Assembly: GCA_963662435.1 (NCBI GenBank)
Contig: OY759598.1
Coordinates: 3,628,507 to 3,692,506, forward strand
Direction: 5' to 3'
Origin: Dehalococcoidia bacterium
GTDB lineage: Bacteria; Chloroflexota; Dehalococcoidia; Lucifugimonadales; VXLM01
DNA length: 64,000 nucleotides
Below, in pieces: positions 58,557-64,000 of this stretch; within the stretch, counting starts at the first letter, position 1; every line of letters starts with the position of its first letter. Position numbers and translations under genes: made by a program. A model generated the notes under the pieces. The model saw only the letters and a program-made list of their open reading frames with translations, made no database searches and was not told the origin of the DNA.

Positions 58557-58639
58557 GGGCCGAGTATACGCCGTTGACCCCTCATTCGTCGGGCCGTAAA
58601 GTAGGGCGGGGCAGGGGAGGATCAATTCCAGGGGCTGAT

Positions 58640-59311
58640 ATGAGGCGCTTCGTCGGACAGGTCGCAATAGTCGTCGGCGGTGGACAGGACGTCGGACTTG
58701 ACGTGGCCATGCGAATGGGACGGGAAGGGGCGAGCATCGTACTCGTGGAGGCTGAACGCGTCATGGGCGAGCGCGCGGCTGACCTTCTTGACGCTGAGGG
58801 CGTCCAGGGGCGCCTGCTGGTCGGCGACCCCGCCGACCCCGCCGCCGCCAGGTGGGCGGCCACCACGGCCAAGCTCGTTTGGGGCAGGGCGGATATCGTC
58901 GTCCATGCAGACCCGGTTCCCGACGTTTCCGGTACGCTCCATGCTCATGGCCCGGGGATACTCGACAGCCTGTACCGAAACGACGTGCGCGGCCCGTTGC
59001 AGTATTGCCAGGCAGTGATCCCTGCGATGATGGAGCGCGGCTACGGGCGCATCGTCACCATAGCTTCCGATACTGGAACGCAAGGGCGTGCAAGCCGGAG
59101 CGCCCGCTCCGCCAGCCAGGCTGCCCTGATCGGTCTGACGAAAGCAGTCGCCATGTCGGTCGTCAAGACGGGCATTCTTGTCAACGCCGTCGTGCGTACA
59201 GATGAGCTTGGCCCGAATGAGGGTATTGTCTCCACCGCCTGCTGGCTGGCGTCAAGTGATTGCTCATTCACGACGGGGTCGACTCTTGAGGTCGGAAGCG
59301 GCAGGCCCTAG
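58640..59311 (+). CDS. SDR-family protein with degenerate catalytic motifs
   Basis: RFVGQVAIVVGGGQDVG, MMERGYGRIVTIAS, LIGLTKA, FTTGSTLEV; YxxxK absent. Confidence 0.7.
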   Translation: MRRFVGQVAIVVGGGQDVGLDVAMRMGREGASIVLVEAERVMGERAADLLDAEGVQGRLLVGDPADPAAARWAATTAKLVWGRADIVVHADPVPDVSGTLHAHGPGILDSLYRNDVRGPLQYCQAVIPAMMERGYGRIVTIASDTGTQGRASRSARSASQAALIGLTKAVAMSVVKTGILVNAVVRTDELGPNEGIVSTACWLASSDCSFTTGSTLEVGSGRP

Positions 59312-59321
59312 CTTGAGTGCC

Positions 59322-59720
59322 TCATAGAGGCTGCCGGCCGGCGAATCCGGTGTCGAGCTCGTGCCAGAAGTCTATTCGCTCTTCACCATAGATCCAGCAG
59401 AGGTAGACCTCGCGGCCTTCTCGCATTGCGGGAAAGTCGATAAGTCCGCGCTGAAGATCGCGGATGATGATTCCCCGTTCCTCGAACTCTTCAAGAGGAA
59501 GGCGCAGTGCCTCGGTTGACTTCTCGACACGGGAGTGGAGGTCGTGCGCCTCCTCTTCGTGGGTGCTGCCGCCGTTCGAGCGGATGGCTTCGAGGAGCGC
59601 GCTCAGCTTCGTCCGCGCGTCGAGCAGTGCCGCCGTCGCCGCGCGCATGGTGTCAATGGCGTCTCTAACCCATGGCAAAGACGCCTCTGCATCCTCGAGG
59701 GTATAGTGCCGATCAGCCAT
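59322..59720 (-). CDS. DUF2203 family protein
   Basis: [42 protein letters not shown]. Confidence 0.88.
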   Translation of the reverse strand: MADRHYTLEDAEASLPWVRDAIDTMRAATAALLDARTKLSALLEAIRSNGGSTHEEEAHDLHSRVEKSTEALRLPLEEFEERGIIIRDLQRGLIDFPAMREGREVYLCWIYGEERIDFWHELDTGFAGRQPL

Positions 59721-59750
59721 GTCGTCCGGAACCGGCTGGGCCGGCCGCTA

Positions 59751-60587
59751 TCAAAATGCGACGGGCAGAAGCTGCGACTTGCCGTTGCGCTGCTGGACGT
59801 ACGCCCCGCTCTGCTCCTGGGCAAGTCCGAAAATCATGAGCCACCCGCCGTTCAGCGCCATGCCGATGACCTCGCGCTTCCGGTCGATGACCTCGCCAGG
59901 GTCCTTGTCGAATGCGGAGATGGTGGAGAGGGCAATATGGAACGGCGTCGGTATGAGGTGGGACAGGAAGGCGATGCGCTCGCTGCCCGCCTCGACAAGG
60001 ATGATCTGATGGCCGTTGGAATACCCGTTCGTCACCTTCGTCGATACGCCGGGCGCAAGCTCGGTGTCTCCCTCGACGAGGTTCAGGACCCCTGCCTCTT
60101 CCAGCGGAAGGAAATCTTCCTCGCTGTAGAGCTTGCGGTTGCGCTCGTCCGGGGACATTGCCTCGTCCCAAGCCGCCTTTTGTACGACGTAGGTGGCCTT
60201 TGGAAAGGCCGGGATGGCCCTGCCGGAACGTTCCAATTTGGTCGATCCTCCGGTGGAGTCGTACTGCAGGTTTGTGAGCACGACCGTGTCGATATCTCTC
60301 GCTGAAACGCCCAGCGCCTTGAGGCCCTTGATGAGCTTGTTGCCCTGGAGGCCGTGCGACTCCTTGAGCCGTTCGAGGCGCTTAGCCCCCGCGCCCGTAT
60401 TGATGAGGATGTTTCCGGCGGAGTTGCGGATGAGGAGGCAGTTCAGCCCCAGGCGTACCCTGTTCTTGCGGTCAGGCTTACAGTAGAGCTCCCACTCCGA
60501 CTTGGGTACCTGACCAAACATCGAGCCCCCATCGATTAAGACGGTCCCGTCACTGATTACGTCGACGAATGTTCCACCGAGCTGCAC
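59751..60587 (-). CDS. MBL-fold protein (YtnP-like) with degenerate metal ligands
   Basis: DGGSMFGQVPK, NRVRLGLNCLLI, FPKATYVVQ; TNLQYDS in place of THxHxDH. Confidence 0.8.
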   Translation of the reverse strand: MQLGGTFVDVISDGTVLIDGGSMFGQVPKSEWELYCKPDRKNRVRLGLNCLLIRNSAGNILINTGAGAKRLERLKESHGLQGNKLIKGLKALGVSARDIDTVVLTNLQYDSTGGSTKLERSGRAIPAFPKATYVVQKAAWDEAMSPDERNRKLYSEEDFLPLEEAGVLNLVEGDTELAPGVSTKVTNGYSNGHQIILVEAGSERIAFLSHLIPTPFHIALSTISAFDKDPGEVIDRKREVIGMALNGGWLMIFGLAQEQSGAYVQQRNGKSQLLPVAF

Positions 60588-60863
60588 AGGACACCTCCCG
60601 CAAGGGCCATATCCGAGAAAGCAGCGGTCGAGCGAAACTCAAGACCTTGCACCGTGAACTATCCCGGACACGATATTTGTCTGGATGATATACTAAGTTT
60701 TGTACAAGTTCAAGACTTGGAGAAGTGTTGAATTCGCGAATTATGGGGTTTTTAGCGGCGAGAAACGGCAGAATGAACGTGTGGCCCTCACAAAGTCTGG
60801 ATCGTCGGATGGGCTCGCTCGGACTGCTCTATTCGTGCAGACCGGATGGCGCATCGCGCCACA

Positions 60864-61139
60864 TCAGGTCCTGTCGACATAGCGGCGGAACAGGCGCCTT
60901 ACCATTATGTGGGCCACAATGATGATGGCCGCGCCAACTATGAGCCCAATCCAGCCTTCCTGGGTTTCGAGGAGCCCTCCCTGCCAGGGAGACCAGTTGG
61001 GAGATCGATCGCTCAGGAGCGCGGCTACGAACTCGCCGATGTAGAGGATTCCCAGTGCAATGGGAATGGCGGTAACTACGGAGCCGAGCCGGGGATTTTC
61101 CTTGAACCACTGGTCAACGGCGTTGGCAGCATCTTTCAC
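60864..61139 (-). CDS. Small two-TM membrane protein
   Basis: GGAGAGG RBS, GTG start, two hydrophobic helices. Confidence 0.55.
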   Translation of the reverse strand: MKDAANAVDQWFKENPRLGSVVTAIPIALGILYIGEFVAALLSDRSPNWSPWQGGLLETQEGWIGLIVGAAIIIVAHIMVRRLFRRYVDRT

Positions 61140-61260
61140 GGGTCTACACCTCTCCTAAGTAAGCGAGCCGATGGTATCACCTCCAAAGTCATCCTGCCGG
61201 TCTGCAGTCTGACAGGGGAATGCAAAACGGACCTCTCGCAGTAACTCTGCCCCCTTGCCT

Positions 61261-61435
61261 GTCATTCCGAGCGCGGCGAGGAATCCAAAGTCCATAACCG
61301 CAAGACCGGACAGTCAGTGCCGCACTTATTTCGTGACCAAGGGTAAGAACGGTGTAAGAACGCCCTATGGTGCCTCTACCTTTGACAGACACCCTAGATT
61401 CTTCGACTCCGCTGCTCTCCGGGCTCAGAATGACA
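61261..61435. repeat. Inverted pair of GTCATTC(C/T)GAGC...GAATC REP-like elements
   Basis: GTCATTCCGAGCGCGGCGAGGAATCC ... AGATTCTTCGACTCCGC...CTCAGAATGACA; similar pair at ~44313-44483 and a single copy at ~1823. Confidence 0.65.
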
Positions 61436-61706
61436 GGGCCGGGTTGCTTTCTCGTCAATGGAGAGTGGAGCGATAGGCATCTACATACCCCAGTTAGCCC
61501 CCGCCGGGGGAGCGATACAGAGAGAGGGTCCCCGTAGTCACTCGAAAGCCGGTCGAATGACGATCAAGCCGTTCACATATCGACATGCTCACCTCGAACG
61601 GCTTCGACGGAGTCATTGGAATCCTCCTTGGCGCGGCGGTGGTGCTGAAGTCTCCCTCGACAGTTGGTCGAGGTCATGGTGAACGGCGCGTCGGTGGCAA
61701 CCTTAC

Positions 61707-62402
61707 CTATTGAGGAGGATGGACCGGACGGGAGACCAACATGCCGTCCTCGCGGTACACCTTGATGGCGAAGGGGACGGAGTCAATTTGAAGGGCGGTC
61801 TCCCTGTCTTCACGACGAAAATGAGGCTTGGCGGGGTCGTCGTACTTCGCGGCCTGATCGCAGGCCATGACGAGGCTGCGCACTGCGACCGGGTCGGGAT
61901 GCCGTCCATCGAGCAGGTTTCTCATGTAGAGGGCGCACTGCTCGTCCTCGTCTGTGCGCACCTTGCCGCCGTCGCCCATGGCAACGATGGTCACGAGTTC
62001 GGGCGCGTCTCGACGGACGGCCTCCATGGTGGACCTGGCGATGACGAGAGAGCCGACGTAGATCTCATCGGCGTTGACGGCCGACGTGACGCCGACGGTG
62101 CCGGCCATCGTGGAATGTGCGAGCGTCTTCCCCTCGATGTCGGCCAGCGACATCTCATACGGCGAGTTGTTGTAGTCGAATTCGGGCGGACGGATTCCCT
62201 GCACCTCGCCGACGCAGAGGTCGGCAATGCCATCATCCCTGAGACGCAGCGCCTCCTCCGGGCTGCCGACGAGGATGACCTTCTTCGCGCCCCGCTGGAA
62301 GGCCACGGCTTCAGTGGTGAAAGCGCGGAACACGTCGATGATGACGACCGTCCCACGGGCGCGCCGGGCTCCCTCGATCATGCTGTCTACGATGATCTGC
62401 AT
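61707..62402 (-). CDS. 2-phosphosulfolactate phosphatase (ComB family)
   Basis: VVIIDVFRAFTT, GE..G..FDYNNSP, STMAGT, EDEQCA. Confidence 0.85.
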   Translation of the reverse strand: MQIIVDSMIEGARRARGTVVIIDVFRAFTTEAVAFQRGAKKVILVGSPEEALRLRDDGIADLCVGEVQGIRPPEFDYNNSPYEMSLADIEGKTLAHSTMAGTVGVTSAVNADEIYVGSLVIARSTMEAVRRDAPELVTIVAMGDGGKVRTDEDEQCALYMRNLLDGRHPDPVAVRSLVMACDQAAKYDDPAKPHFRREDRETALQIDSVPFAIKVYREDGMLVSRPVHPPQ

Positions 62403-62412
62403 AGGACCATCG

Positions 62413-63342
62413 TTAGGCGTACCAGAGCTCGGTGTGGCGTTCGCAGCACAACACCTTGGGCAGCTTGAAGCGGATGTCCTCTTCCGCGCCGCGAATCGTC
62501 GTCACCTTGTCGGGGGCGATGGCGTCCACGACCGCGCTGACGAGCTCTTCGGGCGTCGACGCTCCCGACGTGACGCCGACGTTCTCGACCCCGTCGAACC
62601 ACTCGTCCACCAGCTCGCCGGGACTGTTTATGAGGTGGGCGGGGACTCCCTGCGCGTTTGCGACTTCGCGCAGTCGGTTGCAGTTCGAACTGTTTGGCGC
62701 TCCTATGACGAGCATAAGATCGACGAGCTTGCAAAGCTCCTTGACGGCGAACTGGCGGTTGGTCGTGGCGTAACACAGGTCGTTCCGAACGATCACGTTG
62801 TCGAAATTGTCCTCGATCTCGTCGATGACTTGCAGGGTATCGTCGACGGAGAGCGTCGTCTGGGTAAGGACGGTGACGGGCGTGTCGTCGTTCCATTCCG
62901 GCAGGTTGACTCCATCGCGCTCGTCGATGAGGAACATCGGCCGGTGCCCCATCGTGCCCCTGACCTCCTGGTGGCCCTTATGCCCGACGATGATGAGCTT
63001 GCGCCCCTCCCGGTCGTACCGCTTGGCCTCGTTATGGACCTTCGTCACGAGGGGACAAGTTGCGTCGAGGACGTGCAGGTCACGCTCCCTCGCACGCTCG
63101 AAGTCTTCCGGTGGCGAGCCGTGAGCCGAGAAGACTACAACGGACTCCGGGGGTATCTCGTCGACCTCCTCGACGGTCTTTGCGCCCTTGGATTCGAGGT
63201 CATCAACGACATAAGGGTTGTGGACGATCTGGTGCTTCATATAGACCGGCGCGCCGAACCGCTCAAGCGCGATCTCGACCACGTCGATGGCCATGACCAC
63301 GCCGGCGCAGAATCCACGCGGCGTGCCGAGGTACACCTTCAT
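62413..63342 (-). CDS. ispH: 4-hydroxy-3-methylbut-2-enyl diphosphate reductase
   Basis: PRGFCAGV, IVHN, SAHG, DATCPLV, QTTLS, LCYATTNRQ, SSN, GASTP. Confidence 0.96.
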   Translation of the reverse strand: MKVYLGTPRGFCAGVVMAIDVVEIALERFGAPVYMKHQIVHNPYVVDDLESKGAKTVEEVDEIPPESVVVFSAHGSPPEDFERARERDLHVLDATCPLVTKVHNEAKRYDREGRKLIIVGHKGHQEVRGTMGHRPMFLIDERDGVNLPEWNDDTPVTVLTQTTLSVDDTLQVIDEIEDNFDNVIVRNDLCYATTNRQFAVKELCKLVDLMLVIGAPNSSNCNRLREVANAQGVPAHLINSPGELVDEWFDGVENVGVTSGASTPEELVSAVVDAIAPDKVTTIRGAEEDIRFKLPKVLCCERHTELWYA

Positions 63343-63447
63343 ACCGCCCCTCCTTCCAATGTACGTCAATTGTAACACCGCGAGGGTAGGGCGTCAGGCA
63401 ATGCGGCGGGTGTATACTATTTGTATCCAAGTGGAGGGGAAGCGGGA

Positions 63448-64000
63448 ATGAAGATCGCCGAACGGATGAACCGCCTGGGTACGGAGACCGCCTTCGAGGT
63501 GCTGGCAAGGGCGAAAGCCCTCGAGGCGCAGGGGCGGGACATCATCCATCTTCAAATAGGTGAGCCGGACTTCGACACGCCTTCCAACATCGTCGAGGCG
63601 GGCGCGGAGGCCCTTCGAAACGGGTACACGCACTACGGCCCCTCGCCCGGAATGCCGGAGCTTCGCCAGGCCATCGCCACAGAGGTCGCCGGGACGCGGG
63701 GCATCGATGTGGGCGTCGATAACGTCGTCGTAACGTCCGGTGCCAAGCCGATCATGTTCTTCGCCATGCTTGCTCTCGTGGACGAGGGCGACGAGGTGCT
63801 CTACCCAAACCCCGGGTTCCCCATCTATGAGTCGATGATCAACTTCGTCGGCGGAGTGCCGGTGCCGATCAAGCTGCTGTCGGAGCGCGATTTTGCGATC
63901 GACATCGACGAGGTCGCGGCATCGATCACGCCGAAGACAACGCTGATGGTCCTGAACTCGCCGAACAACCCGTGCGGGAGCGTCGTGGAGCGCGACACCA
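63448..64000 (+). CDS. Class I/II PLP-dependent aminotransferase (runs off window)
   Basis: MKIAERMNRLGTETAFEVLARA..IGEPDFDTP..HYGPSPG..PNPGFPIY..LNSPNNPCG. Confidence 0.9.
   Translation, partial: MKIAERMNRLGTETAFEVLARAKALEAQGRDIIHLQIGEPDFDTPSNIVEAGAEALRNGYTHYGPSPGMPELRQAIATEVAGTRGIDVGVDNVVVTSGAKPIMFFAMLALVDEGDEVLYPNPGFPIYESMINFVGGVPVPIKLLSERDFAIDIDEVAASITPKTTLMVLNSPNNPCGSVVERDT

Noticed and set aside
61707..62402. Coenzyme M or methanogen-cofactor cluster linking the comB-like and mfnB-like genes
   Set aside because: They are ~59 kb apart, ComB homologues are widespread, and no comA/C/D/E genes are present.
2307..63375. Long antisense or overlapping ORFs (e.g. 4865-5983, 10414-11520, 13520-14740, 29950-31296, 36847-38043, 62227-63375)
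   Set aside because: They are shadows of well-supported opposite-strand genes, caused by GC-rich codon bias, and have no recognisable motifs.
1..64000. CRISPR array, tRNA or rRNA
   Set aside because: The repeats are dispersed palindromes without regular spacers; I recognised no cloverleaf or rRNA signature by eye.

Overview
GC-rich bacterial chromosomal window with about 60 protein-coding genes. I found no rRNA, tRNA, CRISPR array, prophage or intact transposase. The gene content suggests Chloroflexota, probably Dehalococcoidia/SAR202-like; this is an inference, not a database result. Housekeeping genes are rny, a PHP protein, plsY, pepA, uvrC, xerD, lgt, recJ, fabF and ispH. They are interspersed with catabolic paralogues (two xanthine-dehydrogenase-family Mo subunits, PhyH dioxygenase, RraA and DapA aldolases, gluconolactonase, amidohydrolase, CocE hydrolase, hydroxyacid-oxoacid transhydrogenase) and several ABC transporters. 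Most notable: (1) an MfnB-family furan-phosphate synthase fused to a TusA-like sulfur-carrier domain, in an operon with a DapA-family aldolase; (2) many REP-like palindromes, including a ~25-bp hairpin nested inside three different host repeat families, plus a MITE with terminal inverted repeats and a target duplication; (3) a truncated four-helix-bundle gene in an island bounded by inverted heptamer repeats; (4) a vapBC locus with a frameshifted antitoxin; (5) two apparent pseudoenzymes (MBL and SDR) flanking DUF2203. All family calls come from recognising motifs by eye; no searches were run.
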